Shown: positions 10,732-19,644 of the stretch, one piece after another
How the letters are laid out: every line of letters begins with the position of its first letter
Numbering within the stretch: the stretch's first letter is position 1
Assembly: GCA_003858585.1 (NCBI GenBank)
Contig: RQZE01000008.1
Location: 45,544 to 77,543, forward strand
DNA: 32,000 bases
Direction of reading: 5' to 3'
DNA from: Erysipelotrichaceae bacterium OH741_COT-311
GTDB lineage: Bacteria; Bacillota_I; Bacilli_A; Erysipelotrichales; Erysipelotrichaceae
Position numbers and translations under genes: made by a program
Notes under the pieces: model-generated
Seen by the model: the letters and a program-made list of their open reading frames with translations, nothing else
Database searches by the model: none
What the model was told of the DNA's origin: nothing

Positions 10732-11397
10732 TTATTCTACAATGACAATTCGATAGATTTTATTCAATTGTATAGGGATAGAGGATTCCGGTTGTGTATG
10801 TTGCATAGATCCATCAAAATGAACATGAACCTTTTTACCAACTAATGTATGTGAATCGAATTCTTTTTTATCTTCCTTGCTTATTATATAGTCACTTGAT
10901 AAAGAGATGGGTTTGATATGTTCGATAGAACTAGGAAACAGAAATTGAAAATCTTCAGGCAACTCCGTGATTTTTACAAGCAGGGTATCGTTTGTTGTTT
11001 CTAATACTTCGGCTTGAAAGTTGGCGACAAAATCAGGTATTTCTAAGGATTTTTTATCAATTCTTACAAAAGCAACCCATTTATGATCTAGTTTGACATT
11101 GATGTAACCATCATTCCAGATTTGATATTCATAGCCTGTACCAAAATTAGATTGATTATCTTTCGTAGGTAATTCATTGAGATTGACGGAGCTGTTAATC
11201 ATATTATCAGCAGTACCACAAGTAACTAAATTATTGATGTAACCACTGTCTTGATAGAGAGTACCATCAATCATAATGGTAGGGGGATAGGCAGATTCAA
11301 TTGCTTGGCTAGAAGTTATTGTTTGATGTTTTATGTTACAACCGACAAGGAAACATAAAGGAAGTAGGAAATGTAGAAAACGATTTATCTTATTCAT
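10732..11397 (-). CDS. Hypothetical lipoprotein
   Basis: I prefer the ATG at 11397 (RBS taggaggt, complement of 11402-11409), which gives MNKINRFLHFLLPLCFLVGC-N with a lipobox. The track start at 11439 lacks an RBS. I recognise no family. Confidence 0.7.
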   Translation of the reverse strand: MNKINRFLHFLLPLCFLVGCNIKHQTITSSQAIESAYPPTIMIDGTLYQDSGYINNLVTCGTADNMINSSVNLNELPTKDNQSNFGTGYEYQIWNDGYINVKLDHKWVAFVRIDKKSLEIPDFVANFQAEVLETTNDTLLVKITELPEDFQFLFPSSIEHIKPISLSSDYIISKEDKKEFDSHTLVGKKVHVHFDGSMQHTQPESSIPIQLNKIYRIVIVE

Positions 11398-11559
11398 GCA
11401 ATACCTCCTATCTATTTTCATTATACCTTTTCCTTTCATGTTTGATTCATGTTTCTGTGTTATGTTTTAGTAGATCCTTCTTTTTGATGTAGCTTAAGTT
11501 AAGATTTTGGTGTATCGTAAAGTATCGATGGATGACAAATAGGCAAGTCATAAAAAGGA

Positions 11560-11597
11560 TGGTATAATTATTAAATCAATTATATATTTGGTATAAT
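11560..11597 (+). promoter_or_regulatory. Two tandem extended -10 elements (TGGTATAAT x2)
   Basis: Identical TGGTATAAT at 11560-11568 and 11589-11597, upstream of the RBS aaggagg and the ATG at 11622. Confidence 0.45.
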
Positions 11598-11621
11598 AGT
11601 AATGTTTACAAGGAGGTTTCT

Positions 11622-12371
11622 ATGGATTATTTATTAATGTTTTTTGGTTTTTCTTTTACGGTATTTATGGCATATCAAATCTTTACGATGGTTGCCCGTA
11701 ATAAGAAAAATGTAAGATATATGAAAGTAATTAACAATATGGAAAATGAAGCAGAGTTTTTTCCAACGGTGGATGCGTATATCAGTAGCATTCATGATCA
11801 TGAGTTTCGTAATAAAGCGTTGATTATTAAGCTTTGGAGTGTTATTTATTTTGATCGCATGGATGATTTTAAAAGTGTATGCAATGAAATTGATTTAAAG
11901 CCTTTAATGTATCGTCAAGGTAAGATTGATTATAAAATCATTGCGTATGATGAAGATGCGTATTTCTATTTATTATTTATGAGTAATATTGCTTTATATA
12001 GTAAGGGTGATTTTGATTCGTTAAAACGTATTGAAGAGAAAGTAAGTCCATATCATGATGTATTAAAGGATCAATTGTTTCATCAAATTTATATGGAATC
12101 ATTAAAGTTATATTACAATCAGGATGATTTAGGGAAAGAGTTCTTTGTTAAGGTGTTAAGTGGAGAGTATGAAGGTCGATATTTTAAGCATTACATTGGA
12201 TTATATAAAAATGTGGTGGCTTGTTTCTTGGCAAAGATTAGTATTCTTACCAATGAGTTTCGTCATGATGAAATGATTAAGTCTCAGCTAACAACGTTTA
12301 AGGATTCAAAACTTGGAAATCGTATCATGACGTATCTTGATTTACATGGTCGTTATGGAGATGTTAAGTAG
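11622..12371 (+). CDS. Hypothetical membrane-anchored helical protein
   Basis: 249-aa ORF with a strong RBS and one N-terminal TM helix (LLMFFGFSFTVFMAYQIFTMV). The rest has a helical-repeat-like composition. Its stop codon directly abuts the pth ATG. Confidence 0.7.
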   Translation: MDYLLMFFGFSFTVFMAYQIFTMVARNKKNVRYMKVINNMENEAEFFPTVDAYISSIHDHEFRNKALIIKLWSVIYFDRMDDFKSVCNEIDLKPLMYRQGKIDYKIIAYDEDAYFYLLFMSNIALYSKGDFDSLKRIEEKVSPYHDVLKDQLFHQIYMESLKLYYNQDDLGKEFFVKVLSGEYEGRYFKHYIGLYKNVVACFLAKISILTNEFRHDEMIKSQLTTFKDSKLGNRIMTYLDLHGRYGDVK

Positions 12372-12929
12372 ATGAAGTTGATTGTAGGTTTAGGAAATCA
12401 TGGAGATAAGTATCAACATACTCGTCATAATGCAGGCTTTGATGTGATTGATTTATTGGCTAAAGAATTAGGTGTTTCTATTGATCAAAATAAGTTTAAA
12501 GCCTTGATTAAAATGGTGGATGTTGATGGTGAAAAAGTAATCTTGATGAAGCCTATGACATACATGAATTTAAGTGGTGAAGCTGTCAGTGCATGTATAC
12601 AGTTTTATAAATTAGAGTTAAAGGATGTATTAATTATCCACGATGATTTAGATTTACCGGTAGGGAAACTACGTATTCGTCAGCGTGGTTCTTTTGGTGG
12701 GCAAAATGGTATGCGTAGTATTCAGTCGTACTTAAATAGTCAGGAAATCAATCGAATTCGAGTTGGGATTGGTCGTAGTAGTGTTATAGATGTAAGCAGT
12801 TGGGTCTTAATGAAGGTATCGAAAGAGGAACAAGAAGAGTATCAGGCTAATTTACAAAGGGCTAGTCAAGCTGCAAGAGCGTTTATTTCTAAAAGTATGG
12901 AAGAGATTATGAATAGGTATAATCGATGA
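12372..12929 (+). CDS. pth: Peptidyl-tRNA hydrolase
   Basis: MKLIVGLGNHGDKYQHTRHNAGF... is a canonical Pth N-terminus with the catalytic His. The pth-mfd synteny is conserved. Confidence 0.96.
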   Translation: MKLIVGLGNHGDKYQHTRHNAGFDVIDLLAKELGVSIDQNKFKALIKMVDVDGEKVILMKPMTYMNLSGEAVSACIQFYKLELKDVLIIHDDLDLPVGKLRIRQRGSFGGQNGMRSIQSYLNSQEINRIRVGIGRSSVIDVSSWVLMKVSKEEQEEYQANLQRASQAARAFISKSMEEIMNRYNR

Positions 12930-15900
12930 TACAAGAGTTGGTATTAAGTAAAATTTTAAATAAACAATTTCACAGTGGTTATTCTAATCACTGTTTCTTG
13001 TCTTTCAGCAATCTTATGGAAGAGGCTATTTGGTTGAGTTTAAATGTGAAGGACGATGCTTCGTGTATGGTTGTTGTAAAAGAGAATGCTTATACGGCGA
13101 GTTTATTGTATGAACGTTTAATTTGTTTCATGAAGAAAGAAGATGTCATTCTTTATATACCGGAAGAATCTTTGCGTGTAGAAGCCATTGCATCCTCCTT
13201 TGAAAATAAAGCGATGCGTATGGAAGCGATGTATCAAATGCTTACAAAGAAGTATCGTATCGTTATTACATCAAGCAATGCCATTGTAAAAAGACTACCG
13301 AATCCTAAAGAGTTTTTAAGACAGTGTCATACCGTTAAAATCAATGAGGAGTGTAGTTTACAAGACTTTAAACAAAAATTATTACAGGCAGGCTATACTC
13401 AAGTACATAGGGTGGAACATCCACTTACCTTTTCCATGCGTGGGGGTATTATTGATGTCTTTTCCATTAATTATGAACAACCGATTCGTATTGAATTCTT
13501 TGATACGGTGATCGATAGTCTTCGTTTCTTTGATGTAAATACTCAAAAAACAGTATCCGTTACTAAAGAGGTTGATATTATCTGTGCCAGTGATGTCTTA
13601 TTTACAAAGGAAGATATACAGGAGTTAAAAGAACAACTTTCATCATTAAAGTTGGAACCGGAATTACAAGAAGTCATTCATGTGGATTTAGACTATCTTG
13701 AGCATGCCTTATACAGTAGTAATCAATATCACTATTATCAATACTTAAGTCATTCATATACCATGTTAGATTATGTGGTAAATCCAATCCTCTTACTATC
13801 GACAAAAACAAAGATCCATAACCATCTTCATCAATTAACACAAGAGAGTGTCAATTATATTCAAGAGATGTATGAAGCAAAACAAATGCCGTTAAAGTTT
13901 GGGGTCTATCTTCCATTACAAGAGGCTTTAGGAAAGCATAAGGTGATTGAAAATGATCCTTTGTATCAAAAAGAATTGGTGATACGAGAGGTTCGTTTGC
14001 CAAAAGGTACCTTAGCTTATTTATTAAATATCATTGTGGAGGAAGATGCGTTTACATCCATTGTCTTAGCTTTAAAAGAGGTTGAAGTTAAACCGGTTAT
14101 TGAGTATTTGATACAACAGGATATTCCTTATACAATGGCAAGTGATACCTTAGAAAAAGGAATTAATATTGTTATTGAAGAATTAAGAGAAGGATTTGAA
14201 TTGGTTCAAGAGAAGATTATTGTATATTCTTCGTTTGAGTTATTTGATTATAAAGCTCCACTTAGTCGCTATGGTAATAAATATAAAGATGCCGTAGTCT
14301 TAACAAGCTACCAGGATTTACAAGTCAAGGACTATGTCGTACACAATCAACATGGAATCGGTCAATATCTGGGTATTGAAACAAAAGAACACAATGGCAT
14401 TATGCGTGATTATTTAAAAGTGGTCTATAAGGATAATGATGAATTATTGGTTCCACTTGAACAATTTGCTCTTGTGCGTAAGTTTGTATCCAAAGAAGGG
14501 GTTGTACCAAAATTACATAAATTGGGAAGCAATAAGTGGGAAAAGACAAAAGCGAAACTGCAAGAAAATGTCAAAGACATTGCTGCACGTTTGGTTGCTC
14601 TTTATAGCAATCGTCAAACCAATATCGGCTTTGCCTATGCAAAAGATGTAGCGATGCAGCAAGAGTTTGAACAAGCGTTTAAATATCCACTGACAGATGA
14701 TCAAATTAAGGCGGTAGCGGAAATCAAAAAAGACATGGAAAGTAGTAAGACGATGGATCGTTTACTATGTGGAGATGTGGGATTTGGAAAGACAGAGGTT
14801 GCGATTCGAGCTTCATTTAAAGCGGTCATCAATCATAAACAAGTAGCCTTTTTGTGTCCTACAACCATTTTATCGATTCAACATCATGCCACATTTCAAG
14901 AACGTTTCGAGCATTATCCGGTTCGTATTGAAGTGTTAAATCGTTTTGTTTCAGCGAATAAAGTAAAACAAATTCTTGCGGATTTAAAAGCCGGTTTGAT
15001 TGACATTTTAATTGGGACGCATCGTCTATTAAGCAAAGATGTGCAGTTTAAGGATTTAGGGTTTTTAATCATTGATGAGGAACAACGTTTTGGTGTTGAA
15101 CATAAAGAGAAGATTAAAGAATTAAAGATGAACATTGATGTATTATCCTTAAGTGCAACACCAATACCACGTACCTTACAGATGTCATTAATCGGAATTC
15201 GTCAATTGTCGACCCTAGATACCCCACCGGATAATCGTATGCCGGTACAAACCTTTGTCGTGGAAAAAAGTCGTGGTTTGATAATTGAAGCCATCCAAAG
15301 AGAGTTACAACGCAATGGACAAGTGTTTTACTTACACAATAATATTGAAGAAATCTATCAAGTGGCAAATGTAATTGCCAGGGAAATAAAAACAGCCAAG
15401 GTTGCTGTGGGACATGGGCAAATGGCAAAAGAAGAGTTGGAAAATGTTATGTTGGCATTTCATCGCAATGAATACAATGTCTTAATTTGCACAACCATTA
15501 TTGAAACAGGCATTGATATTCCAAATGCCAACACCATTCTGGTAGATAATGCCCATACCTTTGGTTTATCACAGCTTTATCAAATTAAAGGACGTGTGGG
15601 TCGTAGTGATCGTATTGCCTATGCCTACTTTATGGTTCCTGCCAAAAAACAAATCAGTGAGCTTGCCGGCAAACGCTTAGCTGCAATCAAAGAGTTTGTT
15701 CAACTTGGTTCCGGTTATAAAATTGCCATGCGAGATTTAACCATTCGTGGAGCCGGGGATTTACTTGGTCCGGAACAATCTGGATTTATTGATACGGTTG
15801 GGATTGATATGTACTTAGAGATGTTAGATGAAGCCATTCGTAAAGAAAAGGGTGAGTATATCGAATCAAAGCCAATCATAAAAAGAAGCAATGTGAAAGT

Positions 15901-16333
15901 AAATGGATATATCCCTCAATACTATGCTCCGGAAGAGTTTGAAAAGATTGATTTGTATAAGCGTATTGATAAGATTGCTAGTGTCAAAGCGTTATTGAAT
16001 CTTCAAAGTGAAGTAAGTGATATGCATGGAAAAATGCCTTGGAATGTGAAGTTGTTATTTGATAAGAAGTATTTGGATTTATTGTTAAATGATGAGTATG
16101 TAGATGATTTTAAAGAATTAAAGGATCAGTATATCATTAAATTTTCACAAAGTTATTCTAAAATTGTAAATGGTATCCAATTGTTTGAAAACTTGAATCA
16201 TTTAAATAAAGATATTACAATAGCCTATATGAATCAACAAATTATTGTAAAAGTTCCACAAGGAAAACAAGGAATTGAATTAGTGATTCAGGTATTACAA
16301 GAAAGTAAGGAATGTATCAATGAGATTGGATAA
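12926..16333 (+). CDS. mfd: Transcription-repair coupling factor
   Basis: 1135 aa with an ATGA overlap with pth. SF2 motifs GDVGFGKTEVA and IIDEEQRFG, and an RNAP-interacting/CarD-like region (VVHNQHGIGQYLGI). Confidence 0.96.
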   Translation: MIQELVLSKILNKQFHSGYSNHCFLSFSNLMEEAIWLSLNVKDDASCMVVVKENAYTASLLYERLICFMKKEDVILYIPEESLRVEAIASSFENKAMRMEAMYQMLTKKYRIVITSSNAIVKRLPNPKEFLRQCHTVKINEECSLQDFKQKLLQAGYTQVHRVEHPLTFSMRGGIIDVFSINYEQPIRIEFFDTVIDSLRFFDVNTQKTVSVTKEVDIICASDVLFTKEDIQELKEQLSSLKLEPELQEVIHVDLDYLEHALYSSNQYHYYQYLSHSYTMLDYVVNPILLLSTKTKIHNHLHQLTQESVNYIQEMYEAKQMPLKFGVYLPLQEALGKHKVIENDPLYQKELVIREVRLPKGTLAYLLNIIVEEDAFTSIVLALKEVEVKPVIEYLIQQDIPYTMASDTLEKGINIVIEELREGFELVQEKIIVYSSFELFDYKAPLSRYGNKYKDAVVLTSYQDLQVKDYVVHNQHGIGQYLGIETKEHNGIMRDYLKVVYKDNDELLVPLEQFALVRKFVSKEGVVPKLHKLGSNKWEKTKAKLQENVKDIAARLVALYSNRQTNIGFAYAKDVAMQQEFEQAFKYPLTDDQIKAVAEIKKDMESSKTMDRLLCGDVGFGKTEVAIRASFKAVINHKQVAFLCPTTILSIQHHATFQERFEHYPVRIEVLNRFVSANKVKQILADLKAGLIDILIGTHRLLSKDVQFKDLGFLIIDEEQRFGVEHKEKIKELKMNIDVLSLSATPIPRTLQMSLIGIRQLSTLDTPPDNRMPVQTFVVEKSRGLIIEAIQRELQRNGQVFYLHNNIEEIYQVANVIAREIKTAKVAVGHGQMAKEELENVMLAFHRNEYNVLICTTIIETGIDIPNANTILVDNAHTFGLSQLYQIKGRVGRSDRIAYAYFMVPAKKQISELAGKRLAAIKEFVQLGSGYKIAMRDLTIRGAGDLLGPEQSGFIDTVGIDMYLEMLDEAIRKEKGEYIESKPIIKRSNVKVNGYIPQYYAPEEFEKIDLYKRIDKIASVKALLNLQSEVSDMHGKMPWNVKLLFDKKYLDLLLNDEYVDDFKELKDQYIIKFSQSYSKIVNGIQLFENLNHLNKDITIAYMNQQIIVKVPQGKQGIELVIQVLQESKECINEIG

Positions 16334-16583
16334 ATATTTAAAAGTATCAAGAATTTTAAAGCGTCGTAGTGTTTCAAATCAACTTGCTAAGCATCAACGT
16401 GTCCTTGTAAATGACAAGATTGTAAAGCCGGCTTATGAAGTGAAGGTGGATGATGTTGTTACAATTTATTTTGGAAATCGTCGTTTAAAGATTAAGGTAT
16501 TACAATTAGTCGAACATGTACGTAAAGAAGAATCGACGATGATGTATGAGATTTTAGAAGATGTAAGAGTGGAAGGTGAATAA
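16320..16583 (+). CDS. rqcP: S4-domain ribosome quality-control protein RqcP (YabO/Hsp15-like)
   Basis: 87 aa. MRLDKYLKVSRILKRRSVSNQLA... closely resembles B. subtilis YabO as I remember it. It overlaps the end of mfd by 14 nt. Confidence 0.85.
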   Translation: MRLDKYLKVSRILKRRSVSNQLAKHQRVLVNDKIVKPAYEVKVDDVVTIYFGNRRLKIKVLQLVEHVRKEESTMMYEILEDVRVEGE

Positions 16584-16584
16584 G

Positions 16585-16884
16585 ATGAAAAAAAGAAAAA
16601 AAGCACGTAAGGGAGTAGTGACCTTTGTTTCATTGATTGTGATTGCGGTGTCTATGTATATGATTTCAAATGTTGTTAAGGAAGTATTATCAACGATTGA
16701 ACTTCAAAAACAATTGAAATTAGTGGAAGCTGAACTGGAAGTCATTGAAAGTGAAAATGCAGAATTGATATCACAAAAGTATAAGTTGGAAGATCCGGGT
16801 TATGTAGAATCATATGCAAGAGGATACTACATGTTATCAAAAGAAGGCGAACAAATTTTCTATTTATCACCAAAGGAAAAATAA
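16585..16884 (+). CDS. divIC: Septum formation initiator (DivIC/FtsB family)
   Basis: Basic N-terminus, one TM helix, a coiled coil (LQKQLKLVEAELEVIESENAELISQ) and DPGYVESYARG. I prefer the ATG at 16585 (RBS ggaaggtg); the track uses the GTG at 16576. Confidence 0.85.
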   Translation: MKKRKKARKGVVTFVSLIVIAVSMYMISNVVKEVLSTIELQKQLKLVEAELEVIESENAELISQKYKLEDPGYVESYARGYYMLSKEGEQIFYLSPKEK

Positions 16885-16907
16885 GAATGAGCAATCATTC
16901 TTTTTTT
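16883..16907 (+). terminator. Rho-independent terminator after divIC
   Basis: Stem aagaatga / tcattctt (8 bp) with loop gcaa, followed by a T7 run. Confidence 0.75.
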
Positions 16908-17037
16908 ATGCGATATGTTATTGATAAAAATAAATAACTTATCTTTACCGAAAGTACAATATAAAATATTTTGGGCATATGATTAGGACGACACTCATAT
17001 CTTTGATATACTATAGTCAGAAAGAGAGGTAAACAAA

Positions 17038-17313
17038 ATGAACGATAAAGGATTTTTAGATCAAGCAGCAGGAAAAGTGAAAGAGGTCGTTGGAGAAGTT
17101 ACCGATAATCAAGAACTAAAAGGTGAAGGTCTTTTAGATCAAGCAGTAGGCAAAGTGAAAGAAGTGGCCGGCAACGTTGCAGAAGCTGGGCAAGAAACAT
17201 TTGAAAAAGCAAAAGATGTAGTAAGTGATGTAGCACAAAACGTAGTTGGTGCAGGTAAAGCAGCAGTTGAAAAAGTACAAGATGCTTTGGATAAAAACAA
17301 AGAAAATAAATAA
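17038..17313 (+). CDS. CsbD-like general stress protein (two CsbD-type repeats)
   Basis: 91 aa with the motif LDQA(A/V)GKVKEV(V/A)G occurring twice, 26 aa apart. The composition is typical of the CsbD family. Confidence 0.8.
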   Translation: MNDKGFLDQAAGKVKEVVGEVTDNQELKGEGLLDQAVGKVKEVAGNVAEAGQETFEKAKDVVSDVAQNVVGAGKAAVEKVQDALDKNKENK

Positions 17314-17333
17314 AATTGAATCGGTAAAAAAAG

Positions 17334-17358
17334 CCATCGCTAATTAGCGGTGGTTTTT
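17334..17358 (+). terminator. Rho-independent terminator after the csbD-like gene
   Basis: Stem ccatcgc / gcggtgg (7 bp, one G-U pair) with loop taatta, then ttttt. Confidence 0.7.
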
Positions 17359-17398
17359 CATTATAGAAAACATCTAAACAAAAATATGTTTAACAAAG

Positions 17399-17427
17399 TT
17401 GAGTTAAATACAAAAACATACTATAAT
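17399..17427 (+). promoter_or_regulatory. Near-consensus sigma-A promoter
   Basis: TTGAGT (17399-17404), a 17-nt spacer, then TATAAT (17422-17427). It lies upstream of the lipoprotein gene at 17466. Confidence 0.6.
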
Positions 17428-17465
17428 GACCTAGAAGTATAATTGAGTTTAGAAGGGGAAGAAAC

Positions 17466-18515
17466 ATGAAAAAAATAGTTGTAATCATGATGCTTGCGTT
17501 TACACTTGCATTAAGTGCATGTGGAAAAACAAAAGATAGCAATGGAACTTCAAATGAAACCAACACAACAAAGAATAGCCAAGGCTATAAAATTCTAGAG
17601 CAACCTGAGGGGAAATTACCAACGATTTTACTTTATGAGAAAGATGGAGTAACATTGACGTTATCAGAACCTGATCCGGAATTATTGAAGAAGACAGAAG
17701 CGGAAAAAGGGAAAAGGTTTGAACGAGCAGGTATGCTTACGTTAGAAAATAAAAAGGATATTACGGTTGGTATTGGGTATGCGGAGTTGTATATCAATCG
17801 TATTCAAACGGATGAAAACATTCTGGAGTTAAGTGCAGAAAAAGGAAAGACAGAAACATTGATTTTAGATTTAACACCCTATAAAAATGTAATTTTGAAT
17901 GAAGAAAAGTCATTATTAGAAAATGGTGAAATTTACTCTATTACATTTCAAACATCCATCGTGGATATCAACGCCGGATGGGTACCATTTGATCGTTTTA
18001 ATTATTATATTCCAATGAAAGAGGAAGAAAAGCAACAGGCTTTCTTAGATCAATTTACTACAGAAGAAAAACTATGTTTTGAAAATGATGTTTTAGCAAT
18101 TTATTTCATGGAACGTTATTATGATCCTCAGCGTGACCATGAGTCAGAACGCAAACAAAAGTATTATGAATTTATTATCAAGAATAAAACAGATCAATAT
18201 CTTTCGTTTGGAGATAATGATGAAACACCAAGCATTGTAGGAACAAAAAATATAAAGAATATGAGATGGCCATTTGGAGGCATTGAGGCTGGTAATTACA
18301 TGATTGATTACTTGATTTTAGACAAGGTTGATGATAATGATGATCCAATTATGCACTACGATGAAATGAAGCAAGCATACGTCTATGAACTATATGATAT
18401 GTTTGATGGTGAAGAAGTAACAAGCGGGGAGTTTGAATTTATCTTTAAGCCGGGTGATTTTGGACTTGAAACAACATCTACAAAAGAAGAAACATATTAC
18501 AAATTATATAAGTAA
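17466..18515 (+). CDS. Hypothetical lipoprotein
   Basis: 349 aa with signal peptide and lipobox LALSAC-G and the RBS gaagggga. I recognise no family. Confidence 0.75.
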   Translation: MKKIVVIMMLAFTLALSACGKTKDSNGTSNETNTTKNSQGYKILEQPEGKLPTILLYEKDGVTLTLSEPDPELLKKTEAEKGKRFERAGMLTLENKKDITVGIGYAELYINRIQTDENILELSAEKGKTETLILDLTPYKNVILNEEKSLLENGEIYSITFQTSIVDINAGWVPFDRFNYYIPMKEEEKQQAFLDQFTTEEKLCFENDVLAIYFMERYYDPQRDHESERKQKYYEFIIKNKTDQYLSFGDNDETPSIVGTKNIKNMRWPFGGIEAGNYMIDYLILDKVDDNDDPIMHYDEMKQAYVYELYDMFDGEEVTSGEFEFIFKPGDFGLETTSTKEETYYKLYK

Positions 18516-18525
18516 AAAAGATAAT

Positions 18526-18562
18526 AACCAGATAATAGGTATTTGTACTGTGTCTGGTTTTT
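18526..18562 (+). terminator. Putative terminator after the lipoprotein gene
   Basis: Stem aaccaga / tctggtt (18526-18532 / 18553-18559) with a large 20-nt loop, then a T5 run. Confidence 0.45.
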
Positions 18563-18685
18563 ATTATGAAGAAAGAATGTAAAGCTTTTAAGGATATAAA
18601 AAGAAGGTAAATTATTTTAGGTTATTATGTTAAAATTTAGTCATTAGTTTTACGTAAAAAAGAATATGTAAAAGGGAGCATATAG

Positions 18686-19321
18686 ATGAAGAATATTGTG
18701 TGTTTTGGGGATTCCAATACGTTTGGGTTTAAATTATCTAACTTTAAGCGTTATCAAGCAAGTGAACGTTGGACTGGAATATTAAAAGAAAGATTAAAGT
18801 TGGAGTATTGTATCAAAGAAGAAGGCTTAAATGGTAGAACGATTGCCATTGAAGATCCTTTTCAAGATGGTTTGTGTGGGATTCAAGATATAGAAGCTTG
18901 TTTAATGAAGCATAAGCCTGTTTCTTTGTTGATTGTCATGCTTGGTACAAATGATACAAAAGAGCTATATCAAGCAAGTGTTTCTAGGATTAAAGATAAT
19001 TTAAGAGAGTTTCTTTTAAACGTAAAACAGATAGATTGTTGGGATAAAGAAGCAAATATTTTAGTAGTAGCACCAAAGGCAATTGATCAAGAGTATCAAA
19101 CAAAATGTTTTGGTGAATCTATGGGTAGGGGTTGTGATATAAAATCGGCACAACTACCCAAGGAGTTTAAAGAAGTTGCTAAAGAGTTAGGGTGTCATTA
19201 TTTAGATGCCAATGACTATGTAAGTCAATTAGAAGAATTGGATGGGATACATTTAACTGTGGAGGGTCATCAACAACTGGCAAAAGCTATGGAAGAAAAG
19301 GTTAGAGAGATATTTAAATAA
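18686..19321 (+). CDS. SGNH/GDSL-family hydrolase (esterase/lipase-like)
   Basis: Block I FGDSNTFG, block III LGTNDT and block V DGIHLT. 211 aa. Confidence 0.88.
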   Translation: MKNIVCFGDSNTFGFKLSNFKRYQASERWTGILKERLKLEYCIKEEGLNGRTIAIEDPFQDGLCGIQDIEACLMKHKPVSLLIVMLGTNDTKELYQASVSRIKDNLREFLLNVKQIDCWDKEANILVVAPKAIDQEYQTKCFGESMGRGCDIKSAQLPKEFKEVAKELGCHYLDANDYVSQLEELDGIHLTVEGHQQLAKAMEEKVREIFK

Positions 19322-19374
19322 AGTTGGTAGAGTTTTAAAAGTTTATTATCAATGTAACAATTATTAATATAATG

Positions 19375-19401
19375 AAACTTCTTATGGTATAAGGAGTTTT
19401 T
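19375..19401 (+). terminator. Rho-independent terminator after the SGNH hydrolase gene (left edge of the island)
   Basis: Stem aaacttctta / taaggagttt (10 bp, one G-U pair) with loop tggta, then ttttt. Confidence 0.65.
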
Positions 19402-19427
19402 AGTTGTTTTAAAATGAAAATCAAAAA

Positions 19428-19536
19428 GTTAAATGTTATCTTTGAAGAAGAGGGTGGAAATCAATAGTTAAATGAATCTAAATGTTTAAATGAATAATAT
19501 TAAATTCTAGAGGTAATAAACAATTGTTTAAATGAT
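19428..19536 (+). repeat. Cluster of five (T)TAAATG motifs upstream of hsdM
   Basis: gTTAAATGtt 19428-, gTTAAATGAAT 19467-19477, cTAAATG 19478-19484, tTTAAATGAAT 19485-19495 and gtTTAAATGAT 19526-19536, all in the same orientation. Confidence 0.6.
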
Positions 19537-19644
19537 ATAATTAAAATAATTTAATAAAAAAGTGAATTTATGGATAAGTTTTGTTTTTGAATGTAGCATT
19601 TAAGACTTAGATAAGTAAATACGAGATTTAGGGAAGGGAAATAT

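Noticed and set aside
14436-15428. ORFs 14436-14651(+), 14513-14704(-), 14914-15135(-) and 15114-15428(-)
   Set aside because: All lie inside mfd, in an alternative frame or antisense. mfd motifs read continuously through this region.
17134-17337. 67-aa minus-strand ORF
   Set aside because: It is antisense to the CsbD-like gene and runs into its terminator. It has no RBS and an implausible Phe/Cys-rich composition.
19414-19467. 17-codon ORF (MKIKKLNVIFEEEGGNQ) in the hsdM upstream region as a possible controller or leader peptide
   Set aside because: The aaggag at 19391-19396 is 17 nt from the ATG, which is too far. The ORF is too short for an HTH C-protein. No support beyond being open.
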